Shown in pieces: positions 1 through 11,617 of a stretch of DNA of 64,000 bases. The notes beneath the pieces are model-generated. The model searched no databases. It was not told the origin of the DNA and was given only the letters and a program-made list of their open reading frames with translations. This DNA is from an uncultured Chloroflexia bacterium. GTDB lineage: Bacteria; Chloroflexota; UBA6077; JACCZL01. The DNA lies in NCBI GenBank assembly GCA_963765765.1, contig CAVXYC010000019.1, positions 346,055 to 410,054 of the forward strand. Reading direction: 5' to 3'. Numbering within the stretch: the first letter of the stretch is position 1; each line of letters starts with the position of its first letter. The translations under genes and the position numbers were made by a program.

Positions 1-1
1 C

Positions 2-1019
2 TGCCCGCATCGCGGCGCCAGCATGGTCTACGGGATCCCTGAGGATGGCGGCTTGCGCTGTCCGTACCACGGTTGGAAGTTCTCCGAGGAAGGCGCGTGC
101 TCTGGAGCAGCCGGCCGAGCCAGAGGACAGCACCTTCAAGCACCGAGTGCGCATTCCCGCTTACCCGGTCCAGGAGATGGGTGGGCTGATCTGGGCGTAC
201 CTCGGGCCCGCACCGGCGCCAATTCTCCCCAAGTTCGACCTTTTTGTTCGCGATGACATCAAGCGGTCCATCGGCATCACCGTGCTGCCGTGCAATTGGG
301 TGCAGATGATGGAGAACTCGCTTGACCCTGTCCATCTCGAGTATCTCCACGGCATGCTGACGAATTACACGCTCAAGAAGCAGGGCAAGCCCCCGTCGGC
401 GGCGGTGAAGCATCATCTCAAGATTGGCTTCGACGTGTGGAAGCACGGTATCTCAAAGCGTCGCCTCCTGGAGGGTCAGGCCGAGGATTGCGACGATTGG
501 ACGCGCGGGCATCCGATCCTGTTTCCCAACATTCTGGCGGTGGGCGACGAAAGCTGCCCTGAGTACCAGATCCGCGTTCCGATGGACGATACGACCACGC
601 TCTACTACTGGTACAACACAAGCCCGTTGGGCCCCGGTGAGGAAGCTCAGAAGCCGACGGATATTCCGATCTGGGAGAACCCGTACCAGCACGACAATGG
701 CCGTCTCGTGGTCGAGACTGTCAACGGCCAGGACATGATGGCGTTCCTGACGCAGGGGCCCATCTCTCTGCGCGAAGCCGAACGCCTGGGAACCTCGGAT
801 AAGGGCGTCATCCTGTTCCGCAGCGTCATGTTTGAGCAGATGGAGAGGGTAGCACGGGGCGAAGATCCGCTCGGTGTGCTACGCGATCCGGCGGAGGATG
901 TGATCATTCGCATTCCGCGCGAGAACAAAGCGCACTACGTGGTGGGTGAGTTCATCGCCGCCGACGACGAGAACATGCCGGCCGCGATCAAGAAGGAATT
1001 TACGGGGATCACTCGGTAG
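2..1019 (+). CDS. Rieske non-heme iron oxygenase alpha subunit (phthalate 4,5-dioxygenase/LigXa-like), 5'-partial, frameshift near 100
   Basis: CPHRG...CPYHGW Rieske motif in frame 2 joins the 45..1019 ORF, which carries the mononuclear Fe motif ENSLDPVHLEYLH, plus GQD and ERLGTSDKGV. Confidence 0.9.
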   Translation, partial: ARIAAPAWSTGSLRMAACAVRTTVGSSPRKARALEQPAEPEDSTFKHRVRIPAYPVQEMGGLIWAYLGPAPAPILPKFDLFVRDDIKRSIGITVLPCNWVQMMENSLDPVHLEYLHGMLTNYTLKKQGKPPSAAVKHHLKIGFDVWKHGISKRRLLEGQAEDCDDWTRGHPILFPNILAVGDESCPEYQIRVPMDDTTTLYYWYNTSPLGPGEEAQKPTDIPIWENPYQHDNGRLVVETVNGQDMMAFLTQGPISLREAERLGTSDKGVILFRSVMFEQMERVARGEDPLGVLRDPAEDVIIRIPRENKAHYVVGEFIAADDENMPAAIKKEFTGITR

Positions 1020-1040
1020 GCTCTTAATAGGCTGAGCTTT

Positions 1041-1072
1041 GGAACGCCCGGGTCCGACCGCCCGGACGTTCC
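1041..1072 (+). terminator. Hairpin downstream of the Rieske gene
   Basis: GGAACGCCCGGG...CCCGGACGTTCC inverted repeat about 20 nt after the stop; no clear U-tract. Confidence 0.4.
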
Positions 1073-1201
1073 GGTCCCCGGGAATTCCTCATCCCGGTTC
1101 GCCTGTTGGTTTAAGGTCGGTTCTGACGTGTTGACGTCTCGAGCGAGTTCCTCAGCGGGACGCACTGTCGGCCGTTTATCGATCGCACGCATGGGGAGCT
1201 C

Positions 1202-2067
1202 ATGATTCATAGGCGACGAGCTATTGCGCTGCTCGCAGTGTCGTTAGCATCGCTCAGACTGCCTTTGCGGGCTTTGGCGGAGCCTCGGGCAGACGATGCG
1301 GGCGAGCCCTCGGATGGCGTTGTTCGAGCGCTTGCGCGCATCAACAGTTATCGCGACGCCGCGGGTGTCTCACCTGCCGACCTCGACCAGGCTCTGATGC
1401 GCTCCGCGGGCGGCCATGTGGCCTATTACGAGCAGAACCTTAATGCGGGCATGGCAGGGCTCGGCCTGCACCAACAAGCCCCGGAACGCCCGGGCTTCAC
1501 CGGGGTGACCATGGGGGAGCGGGCGAGCGCCGCCGGTTACCCGGTAGGCCTGTCACCGAGTTGGCCGGATTTGGCGGCCTTGTGGCTGCGGTGGACTGGG
1601 CTATGGACACTGTCAATCACCGCTTGCCCCTCATTCATCCGAGCGCGCTGGTCATGGGCCTGGCGGAGTCTGTCACCAGCGGCTTCAACGTCATTGCAGT
1701 GGGATTGCAGCGCGGGCTCGGCTACGCGGAGCTGCCCTCGTTCTACCCGGCGGATGGTGCCGGCAACGTTCCGTTGCACTGGGATGGCGGCGAAGCGCCT
1801 GATCCCGCGCCCGACCTGCCCCGCCCTCTCGGCTATCCGATCACCGTGTGTTTCGGGCTGGGACAAAAGGTGGAGTGGCAGGCACTGGAGCTACGCGGGC
1901 CAGATGACCAGCCCGTTGCAGCAACTGTGCGGGAAACTCCGTGGATGAGTGCCGCGACACTCATTCCGCATGAGCCGCTGGCTCATTCCACGCGTTACGT
2001 GGTGAAGCTAAGCGCCCGGGTTGACGGGGCTGATGCCAGCCGCGAAACGTCGTTCCAGACGAGGTAG
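1202..2067 (+). CDS. Secreted CAP/SCP-domain protein with C-terminal Ig-like domain (frameshift ~1550)
   Basis: Tat-like HRRRAIALLA signal; LARINSYRDAAG, LMRSAGGHVAY, ERASAAGY, W-MDTVNHRLPL CAP motifs; LIPHEPLAHSTRYVV Ig-like tail. Confidence 0.75.
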
Positions 2068-2139
2068 AGAAAATGAGACAGGGACCACCGGACTGGACTT
2101 GTCCTGCGGTCCCTGCAGTCGCTTAAGACCTAGTCTCCA

Positions 2140-3453
2140 CTAGCCAACTGGGAGGATCAGCTTCTCTCCTCGTCTGGCCGACTCACCAGCCTCGTTAGCA
2201 ACGTCCCACGGATCGTCATCAGGGCCAATGATGATCTCTTCTGATCGAATCTTGTTCCAGGGGATTGTATCGCTAAGGCCAGGTGGCTCAATGCCGTTCT
2301 GGAGATTTCTGGCAGCGGTGATGAGCTGCTGACGTAAGCGAATGATCGCCGCGTCAGCGGGGTAAAGCTGCTCCTGCGTTCGGTCGTAGATCTGGCCCAT
2401 GCTCTCCGTCATGGCGTAGTCCTGCTCAGGAATCGGCCAAATTCCCGCGTAGAATGTGCGCTTCTGGGCCGCGCGATCGATCATGTAGTCGTTATCTGCC
2501 CTCTTCAAGCGCATGGACGGATTGGCGGGATCCATCAGCATGGAGCGCTCTTGAAATGCGATGCGCTCGTCCGCGGTGAATGGGCGGTCTTCGTTGTACT
2601 GAACATGGATGCGGAAGCAGTTGTAATCGTCAATGGGAACGGCATTGAGCATGGTTCCCGCACGACCCTGCGCCGCGATGAATGTGTGCTCTGGAAGCAC
2701 GTGGCAGTTAATGCGAATGTGCTTGTTGCCCTTGTCCGTGGGACGCACGGCGATGAGTCGGAAGCCGTATTCCGTATCCTGGACATCGATTTGAGCGTAC
2801 CGATACTTTGCTCGAATATAGAGCGAATATTGTGGCGAGCAATAGCCGGGCTTATCGGTCTCAATGCCGACAGGATTCAAATCCTGGTAGTAGGTGTGCA
2901 GTGTGCCAAGGTGAGTAGAGTCGATGTTTCCTTCAACACTCTGGAGCCAATTGCAATAGATCGGTACGCGAGCAACCATGACGTGCTCTGGCTTCAGGTG
3001 GTTGTAGACGAAGCTGGGCGGGCTGGGGCGCTTCTCGGGTGGCCCCATATACGTCCAGCACAATCCCGCGGATTCGATAACCGGATAGGCTCGCATTCTC
3101 ACGCGATCTTTGAAATCGTTCCCCGGCGCGTCCGATGGCGCGTCAATGCACTTGCCCTCGGGATTGAACTTGAACCCATGGTAGATGCAGGTAATGCCGG
3201 AGCCCTGGTTGAGACCATAGAATAGCGATGCGCCTCGGTGGGGACAGTTCTCCTGGATAAGACCTACGCGTCCATCGGAATCCCGAAACGCAATCAGCTT
3301 CTCGCCGAGCAGTCCGACGCGAACGGGCGGCCCCTCCGGCTCGGGAAGCTCCTGGCTCAGCAGAAACGGCTGCCAGTAACGACGAAAGAGCTCGCCCATG
3401 GGCGTGCCCCGATCGGTCCGCGTGACGAGATCATTCTCTTCACGAGTCAGCAT
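2140..3453 (-). CDS. Rieske oxygenase alpha subunit (phthalate 4,5-dioxygenase-like)
   Basis: GTPMGELFRRYW N-terminus, CPHRG/CIYHG, EGNIDSTHLGTLH, EQD; intact 437 aa. Confidence 0.92.
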   Translation of the reverse strand: MLTREENDLVTRTDRGTPMGELFRRYWQPFLLSQELPEPEGPPVRVGLLGEKLIAFRDSDGRVGLIQENCPHRGASLFYGLNQGSGITCIYHGFKFNPEGKCIDAPSDAPGNDFKDRVRMRAYPVIESAGLCWTYMGPPEKRPSPPSFVYNHLKPEHVMVARVPIYCNWLQSVEGNIDSTHLGTLHTYYQDLNPVGIETDKPGYCSPQYSLYIRAKYRYAQIDVQDTEYGFRLIAVRPTDKGNKHIRINCHVLPEHTFIAAQGRAGTMLNAVPIDDYNCFRIHVQYNEDRPFTADERIAFQERSMLMDPANPSMRLKRADNDYMIDRAAQKRTFYAGIWPIPEQDYAMTESMGQIYDRTQEQLYPADAAIIRLRQQLITAARNLQNGIEPPGLSDTIPWNKIRSEEIIIGPDDDPWDVANEAGESARRGEKLILPVG

Positions 3454-3688
3454 CCAGCGACCTCCTGGCTTGGTGCGTCAACCGTAGTTGAGGTCTAGTG
3501 GAGAGTCAAGAATTGAGAGAAGCTGGAGTGCGATTGGACCCGTGCAACGATCAGTTTGACAAAGACAATCGGCAGATTTACGGATAGTCGGGCGAATCCG
3601 CGTAAGGGCAGCCTTTGGGCCGGGCCGACAGGATGTCGGTAGTCCAAAGGCCTCGATTGCAGTCCGGCATATAATTTCCGCGCCCTCC

Positions 3689-5585
3689 ATGTGCGGAATC
3701 TGCGGCGTATTTAATTTCGGTCGCTCCGAGCCGGTCACACCTGAGCTCGTCGAAGCGATGTCAGACACCATGCTTCACCGTGGTCCGGACGACGGCGGAC
3801 TTTACATGTCGCTGGATCATCGCGTGGGGCTGGGTTTTCGTCGCCTCAGCATCGTCGACCTTGCCGGCGGCCATCAGCCGATGGCCAACGAGACGGACGA
3901 TGTCTGGATCGTGTTCAACGGCGAGATCTACAACCACGCCGATCACCGCGCGGAGCTGGAGCGACGCGGCCATCCGTACCGAACCCGCTGCGGATACTGA
4001 GACGATCGTCCATCTCTACGAAGAGTACGGGGCGGACTGCGTCGACCTTCTCCGGGGAATGTTCGCCTTTGCCATCTGGGACGAGCGCCGGCGACGGCTG
4101 TTCATGGCACGCGACCGCATCGGTATCAAGCCGCTCTACTACACCGTGCGCGATGGCGTCTTCCTATTCGCGTCTGAGATCAAGGCGCTGCTATCCCATC
4201 CACTGGTTTCGCGTGAGCTTGATCAGGAGGCTCTGCATCACTACCTGACATTCGCGTCTACGCCGGCTCCCTTCACGCTGTTCAAAGGCATCCAGAAGCT
4301 GCCTCCCGGGCACACCATGACTGTTTCGGCGGGCGGAGAAATCTCCACGCGGCGTTACTGGGACCCTGCTGCCTTTCGCGGGGATGATCCGCCACGGCCG
4401 GAGTGGGAATACGTGGAGCGCCTACGCGAAAAGCTGCGTGAGTCGGTCAAGCTGCGTATGATGAGCGACGTGCCATTCGGTGTGTTCCTGAGCGGTGGGC
4501 TTGATTCCAGCTTGAACGTGGCGCTGATGAGCGAGCTGATGGATCGCCCGGTGGATACGTTTTCGGTCAGCATCGAGGGTGACGAAGTCAGTGACGAACT
4601 TCACTGGGCTCGCCTGGTGGCGAAGGAATTTGGCGCGAATCACCACGAGACCACGATTAGCGATCAGACATTCGTCGATTTCTTCCCGAAGATGGTGCAC
4701 CACCAGGACGAGCCATTAGCTGACCCTGTGTGCGTGCCTATTCACTACGTCTCCGAGCTGGCGCGAAAGAACGGTACGATCGTGGTCCAAGTCGGCGAAG
4801 GATCTGACGAGCTCTTCTGTGGCTACACGGGCTGGCAACGTTACCTCTCGTTCTACAGCCGCGCCTGGAAGCCGTTCATTCGGATGCCGGGCCTACTTCG
4901 CGGCGCTGCCGCCACGCTCGTTGGACCGGCGCTGTCTCCCACACGACGCGATTTTCTGGATCGAGCCGCGCATGACCGTGAGCTGTTCTGGAGCGGCGCG
5001 ATAGCGTTCTGGGAATCGGAGAAGCGGGACTTGTTGCAGGATCGCGGAACGGTAACGCTGCCGTGGACTCGTTCGATGTTATCCGTGCGCACCTTGACCG
5101 CCTTGACAGCATTTCGCCGGGCAGGATCAGCTTCATCGGATGACGTTCCTGGAGCTGAATCACCGCCTGCCTGAGCTCCTGCTTATGCGCGTGGACAAGA
5201 TGTCCATGGCCCAGTCCATCGAAGCCCGGGTGCCCTTTCTCGATCACAAGGTTGTTGAGCTGGCGCTGAGTATCCCCTCGTCTCTCAAATACCGTGACGG
5301 TGAAACGAAGTACGTGCTCAAGCGCGCGGCGGATGGCATTCTTCCGCGCGAGATCATCTATCGCCAGAAGGCTGGCTTCTGCGGATCGTCTCGAAACATG
5401 CTTTCGCCGCGCCTGCTCGAATTCTCGGAGCAAGTCATTCCAGATTCATCGATTATCCGAACCACTTCAATCTCCCGGTCGTCCAGATGCTTCTGAGTGA
5501 TCAGCGTGAAGGGCGGGCGGACAACAGTTTCAAGATCTGGAATCTGCTCAATCTGGCGCTCTGGCACCAGCATTGGTTCGAGTAG
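3689..5585 (+). CDS. asnB: Asparagine synthase (glutamine-hydrolysing) family amidotransferase, several frameshifts
   Basis: MCGICG Ntn start, HRGPDD, FNGEIYN, RDRIGIKPLYY, LSGGLDSS, GEGSDELF, RVDKMSMAQSIEARVPFLDH. Confidence 0.92.
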
Positions 5586-5674
5586 CTGAGTGCGCGCAGC
5601 GCATTAGAGTGCGCGCAAGGATCGCCGCTTCTTGTTCGCGTCGTTCGCCGATCGCATGGATCAGCCCACCCGCG

Positions 5675-5802
5675 TCCCTGTCATTCTGAGGGACGAGGAA
5701 TCTCAACGGACTGGATGCGTCTGGTGGCGAGAATAGCGACTCGTTCTCCGTTGAGTGCCTGCCGATTTCCGTCAGATGCTTCGTCCCTCAGAATGACAGG
5801 GA
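5675..5802. repeat. REP-like inverted repeat (GTCATTCTGAG...CTCAGAATGAC type)
   Basis: TCCCTGTCATTCTGAGGGACGA at 5675 and its reverse complement at 5781-5802, between convergent genes. Confidence 0.8.
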
Positions 5803-5934
5803 GACGGATAGTCAGACAAAGTTACTGGTGACGAATCCGGGCGGAATGCGGCGATGCTCACCGGGTGGCTGGGGTGTCTGATTACGTTAAGGACGAGCCG
5901 GAATTCATCACGGTTGCAGCGTGACATTTGCCAC

Positions 5935-8352
5935 TTACGCGCCGGTTGGCTCCGGGGCGGCCTGAGGTGTCTGCAGATGGCTTCGGTCGAATGGAGCCGC
6001 CGCGTGAGCGGACTTCCTACGAGCGATCAGCTGAAACAGAGCCACAACACCGCCGTGACGGCTGACACGGCCGATCCGACATAGAGGCTGGACGGGATGT
6101 AGCGTAACTCCACCCGATGTGCCCGGGTCCAATGCAAGGCCGTACAGCGCGAGATTGGACCTGACCAGCGTCCAGGTTGTCCGTCCACCCAGGCTTCGCG
6201 TTCGGGAAGTAGGCTTCTGAGATCACGAGAGAAAACCGGGCTCGATGAGCCCACGTCCAGCGTCAACTCGCCCCTCGGCGTGTCACGCTTCACCACTCGA
6301 GTTCAGGGCCTTCATCGCAGGCGCCATTTAGTCTGGGAAGGTCGGCCACGCCACGATCACTCGTCACAACAACAGCCTGTCGCGATGGATCGAACTTGCT
6401 GTCCCGCATGGACCGTGCGGCGCGTGAATCCGTAGTGACACGCTCCACGTCGCATACCAGAACGGCTCGCGGAAGCGCGCTAGGGTTCTAATAAATCTTC
6501 CAGATGCGTGTTGATTGAGCGACAGGAAAGCGGGCATCCAGATCTGTGCAGCTATGGATATGCGTCACGTTCAGCGCGTTCAGCAGGGTCAGCCGTTTGG
6601 GGATTCCGGCGGTGCCGATCTTTGGAAACCCGGATGGGTCCGCCGATGCCTTCACCATGCACCAACGAAGCATAGTCCGCGTATTTGCGTAAGAAGGCCG
6701 AGTTGTATCCATCTACGGTAGGGATCTGGAGTCCGATCATCGAGTTCGGCGTAATCGACTGTTGACAGAGCTGACAGCACTCGGCCGGCATGGAGTGGCT
6801 CGAACGCCTGTACGGCTTCCGGGTCCTTCCAGGACCGCTGATGGTCAGAAACTGACCGGCGAAAGCCGGATACGTCCAGTGCGACAGGCCTCCAGCAATC
6901 AACAGCGCTGGAGCAGCCCGACGGGTGACCAGCCAATAACAAGCAACGCTAGTAGGCCGAATCCCTGCAGCGTGAGTAGGCTGACGTTCAACCCGCCCAG
7001 GAGCGGCCTTGCAGCCAGGTCCTCAGCAACACGGACGCTGGCTGGAGCGCAACGAGCGCCAGGACGAACGCGGCAACTGCCACGCTGTAAGCGACCGCGC
7101 CTATCGAGGCAGTTTTTCCCCTCCTGACTCGCCGGGCGAGCGCATCGAGTCCCAGCGCTCCAAGCACGGCCACGGCCAAGGCAAAGACGGCTAGAAGACG
7201 TGACGGAATCCTGAAGCCTGGGAGAAGCAAGTAATGGATTCGGTAGACAGGAAGATCTTCTCCGAATGCAAATGCGAGTGAACCAATCGCCACGATGCTG
7301 AAAAGCAACACATAGCGACGATTCCGCGCGAGGAACGCGAATGGGGCAGCCGCAACGAGCAAGAAGCCCACGTACGAGCATTTCTCCCAGAATGCGCCGG
7401 GAAGTCCGTCCTGGAACTGTTTGCGGAAGTCCCCAAACGAATTCGGGAACAGAATGGTCCAGAGATGGGACAAGGACAGGGAGCCCTTGGTTGATTGATC
7501 GAACGAGATCCCGCCACCACGTCCCGCTTCCTGCATCAAACGGAGCATGGCAGAGCCTGGAATCCGCTCAGCCCAACAAAGAGGATGGCCAGCACGATAA
7601 GCTGACCAACTGGCTTATGCCTTGTGAAGCGAGCCGATGACGGGCCAACCGGCCAGGCCGCCTGAAAACCGGCAATGAGTGCAATCAGCCCTAGCGCGTA
7701 GACCGATGGCTGACTAGCTCCAGCGAGAAATTGCACTATCAACGCGATAACCAGGCCGGGATGTGGCAGGAGCCGGCCTGACTCGATGGAACGGAGGGCC
7801 AAAGTGGTGACCTGCTGGCATCCAGCAGAACCCATAAATCAGTAGCAGATGTCCACCAAAGACGCGCGGCATGGACACACCGCCAAGCATGACGCCTATC
7901 CTGCACGAGCGCCGCCAGACGGCTGGAGCCGACCTGACGGCACAGCGCGTAGGTGCCGCGCCGAGCAGCACCAGGTGCATGGCGAGGCTCCACATAAAGA
8001 ACGCGCCGAGCTCTAAAGGAAGGGGCCGAAGCAGCCAATTAGGCGGATAGAAGACTCCCGCCTGGATATCGGCCTGGGCTGGAAATCCGCTGAACACATA
8101 TGGGTTCCAGAGCGGGAGCTGCCCCTGAGCAAAAGCTTGTCGGTTGAACGCTTCCCAATTGAACGGCTGATCCATGTCATGCCCGATGACCAATCTGCCC
8201 GTGGTCAACGGATCGCGCAAGACGTAGCCCACGAGCGCGACCAAACAGAGCACTGCCAGCGCGTCTTGAGAGGAGAGTCGCCGGCGCTCCCTCGCCCCCT
8301 GGGAGAGGGTTGGGGTGAGGGGCTCACGGATGGTTCCGAGGGGATCGGTCAC
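5935..8352 (-). CDS. YfhO-family membrane glycosyltransferase (GT-C), heavily frameshifted
   Basis: GQLPLWNPYVFSGFPAQADIQAGVFYPPNWL, YVG, PGFRIPSR, DGYNS, NPSALPRA, HRVELRYIPSS motifs spread across frames. Confidence 0.8.
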
Positions 8353-8381
8353 CCCACCCGCCCTCTCCCAGGGGGCGAGGG
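8289..8381. repeat. Palindromic REP/RPE-like element
   Basis: CCCTCGCCCCCTGGGAGAGGG ... CCCTCTCCCAGGGGGCGAGGG perfect arms. Confidence 0.8.
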
Positions 8382-8410
8382 GGCCCAGACGGTGCGTCTC
8401 GATCTGCGCC

Positions 8411-11400
8411 TCAGAACATGATGAGCAACCAGACAACCAGGATTACGGCAGAAACTACACTGCCGATCACGAGTGACTGAGGCTCAAACGAAAGCTCGAT
8501 TTGATGCTGGCCTTGCGGAACCGAGACGGCCGTGAACACGATGTTGGCTCGGAGCGCCTCATCGGGCTGGCCCAACCAGGGCCTTACGCTCGCGGTAAAA
8601 CGCGTCGTTGATCACCAAGAGGCCATCTCCCGTCGCGGAAACGTCCATGGCGAGATATCCATCGGAGCGATCGGTCGCTCAAGTCACCACGCTCGTAGAT
8701 CCGCCACACATCTCTAATGGAGGGAGAAACGGTCGCTTGAATAACGGCTTTCTTTCTGAAATCAAAATTCTTCTCGGTGATGATCTGCGCAGTCTCGGCG
8801 TTCGAGCGGACTTTCACGCGTCGGACACCCAGAGCGCGTGGAAGTGCAACAGGACTTCGATAGAGCTGCCAGTCTCGGACGCATACAGACGCTCGAACGG
8901 AGCACCAGGATCATCGCACGCCTACTTGTTGGCCGTTTCATTCCCTGCGAGTAGCTGGATCTGACCGTCGTCGCACGCCGCCCGGGTGGCGAGGAGAGGG
9001 CCAGCATGTCCGTGGTCCCGGCGGCAGCGCCCACCGATCGTAGTGGCTCAGTGTTGCGCGCGAGGTGGGTTGGCCAGTCGGGATCTTGAAGATGTTTGCC
9101 GCGTCGCGCTGCCTATCCAGAAGAGCAAATTCGTTTCGGCCATCGCCGTCGAAGTCGCCGACCGCGAACGAAATGCGGTACGTCGGACTCCCGGGCGGCG
9201 GACGGAAGTATTGCGGTCCAATAGGCTCGAGTTGGGCGGTCTGGCCCGACATCCGAACACGCGCTAGACGAATAGTGAAGGTGTCTCCATGCCGATAGAG
9301 CAGTGCCACGCTCCCTGATGGATACGTCAGGTCGGGCGGAACGGGTGCCATCGCGGTCACTTCCGAACCTTCCATGGAGTCCATCGTGCCACTCGCCAGG
9401 AGAGGACTCTCGTCGGCTCCGACCCGGTACAGGCCCAATTGAGCCTTATCTCCTCGTCCACGCTTCATGATGGCCAATTCATCCACGCCATCGCCGTCGA
9501 CATCGACTGGCGCCATTCCGTGCCGAACTACCTCCTGGCGAATTTCCACGGGGGTCGAATCGACTCGCACGCGCTCGGGAGGAGTCTCGCTAACTAGACG
9601 ATAGGCCGCCATCTCGGGTCGGTCGTCGAAGAGAACGACGACGAGGTACGGGGTCGGGTCGTCTCGGAAGAACCGGCCGACGGCAGCGGCGACCGGAGGT
9701 TCCGGTAGTCGCGGCGCCGATGCCCCCCGATCGACATTGGCATTCTGAGCGCGGGGCTCGATCCCGCGGCCGAGGACGGCACCTTTGTCGACCTCGGCAA
9801 GAGCCAGAAGATCGGGCGAGGCGAACTCCGGGCCACGCTCCTCGCACGACGGTCCCATTGCATACACCTGAACGGTGGGGCCAGGGCGATCCCTGTCAGG
9901 CAAGTTCCAAAACGGACCATAGACTTCGTCAGGATCCCAGGGCAGGTCGCCATTGCGACCAGCGCTGAATTGAGTGAGCAGCTTTCCTCGCTCGCGCAAA
10001 AGCCGCAGGTTCGGCTCCAACTGATCGGGCACGTCGTTTACGCTGAGGTCGAAGCTGCTAATTGCAACCACATCTCCACACCCGTGACCCGTCAGCTCGT
10101 CAGCGATGCCATCAAGCGAGATGTGGGAGATGGGGACGCGGCCATCGAGATCCGCCCGCAAGCGGTTGATTTCCGCGCTGACAGTCCCGGGGAGGGCGTG
10201 GGCGGTTGCTCGGACGTGGCTGGAGGGCGGCAGCGTGCTCTGGATCCAATCATGCGCGACGACTCGGGTATCCGGCTGCACAAGCAGCCAACTGGATAGT
10301 GACAGGTTTGCCGCGGGTTGGGCGAGAGCCACCACCAGTAGCGCTGTGGCGGCCTTTGTCTGCCAGGCAACCGGTAGGAAGCGCGGAAACGCGTACAGTC
10401 CATATCCAGCGCAGGTGGCAAGGAACGGCATTAACGGAATAGCGAAACGCACCCAGAATCGTTCCTGAACCATCACGAGAAGTACGTAAGCCGCGAAGGA
10501 GCTACCGAGCAGCGCTGTCTCCAACGGACGTCGGCGAATGAGCAGGCAGAGGCCCCCGCACGCGAGGAGTAGTGGCACGGGGCCGAAGCCCTGCGCCAGC
10601 GACGTCAGGTACAGTCGCGTGACCGGGACATCGGCCTGGCCCCGTTACTGGGCCGAGACCGGCCTTGGACATATGGCCCCGCAGGGACAACACTGCATCT
10701 CGAAATCGGGGCCAGGTCGATAGGCTTTCAATAAGGCCGCTCTGGACGCGGAGAATCTCCGCTGTAAGGGAGCTCTGACCGAAGACAGATTGGGGACTCA
10801 GGATTACGAATGCCCCAGCGACAGCGACCGACATAACTGCAAGGACAACCAAAGCCGTTCGGTACAACTCAAGCCGGCGCAGTCGTCGCTGACGGAGGAC
10901 GAGAGCGACAATGGGCACAATTGCGACCACAGACACGGCATCGCGAGTGGCGGCAGCCGCTGCGGCGCACACGCAACAAGCCAACAACCGCCACAGACCG
11001 CCGCGCAAGAAAAATCGCGCGGAAGCATAAACGGCGAGCGAGGCGAAGAACATGGCCGGTACCGTGCTGAGGGCGTAATGAGACTCTCGCACATGGGCGA
11101 AGCTCGCACTGAGTAGCAGCGCACTCAATAGTCCGACCGGCGTACCGAGCAGATCTCGAACAGTCAGCAGCAAGACCAGGACAGTTGCCGCTCCCAGAAT
11201 GGCCGATGTAACCCGGCCGACAGCATACGCGCGCGCGAGCGTGGGATGGCTCTCGGGACGATCCCCTTGTAGGATCGTTTCGGCGGACTCAAGCGGTCCG
11301 CCCAGGAGCCCTAGGCGGTCGAGCGCCAGGTACTCCACGGTGAGAAGATGGCGGAATAGCGGTGGCTGATTGGTGTATTGGGAGCTGAAGTCCAGTTCAG

Positions 11401-11617
11401 CAGCAGAAGTAAGACCGTACTCGACGTAGTTGACCTCGTCTGGGTGCAGCCGCCAGGGTAATTGCCAGGTTATGCCCCAAAGCCGCAGCCCTAGTGCCAG
11501 CCCGACTACGAGCAGGAGCATCCAGGTATGCCCAACGGCAGTTCGACTCGTGGAGCCAGGAGCGTCAGAGCGCGTCAGCGTCGCCGGGGGGCCCGCTCGT
11601 AGAGCGGAAGTCATCAA
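8411..11617 (-). CDS. ArnT/PMT-like (GT39/GT83) membrane glycosyltransferase with FG-GAP repeats and a YfhO-like C-terminal domain; frameshifted, possibly more than one gene
   Basis: LRLWGITWQLPWRLHPDE, multiple TM helices, DTRVVAHDWI; DVDGDGVDEL and GDFDGDGRNEF; then YRSPVALPRA...RANIVFTAVSVPQGQHQIELSFEP-TM, stop at 8411. Confidence 0.65.

Noticed and set aside
6488-6490. In-frame TAG in the YfhO gene (IY*NPSALPRA) as possible stop-codon recoding
   Set aside because: Single case in an error-rich gene; TAG is used as a normal stop elsewhere and no pyl genes are visible
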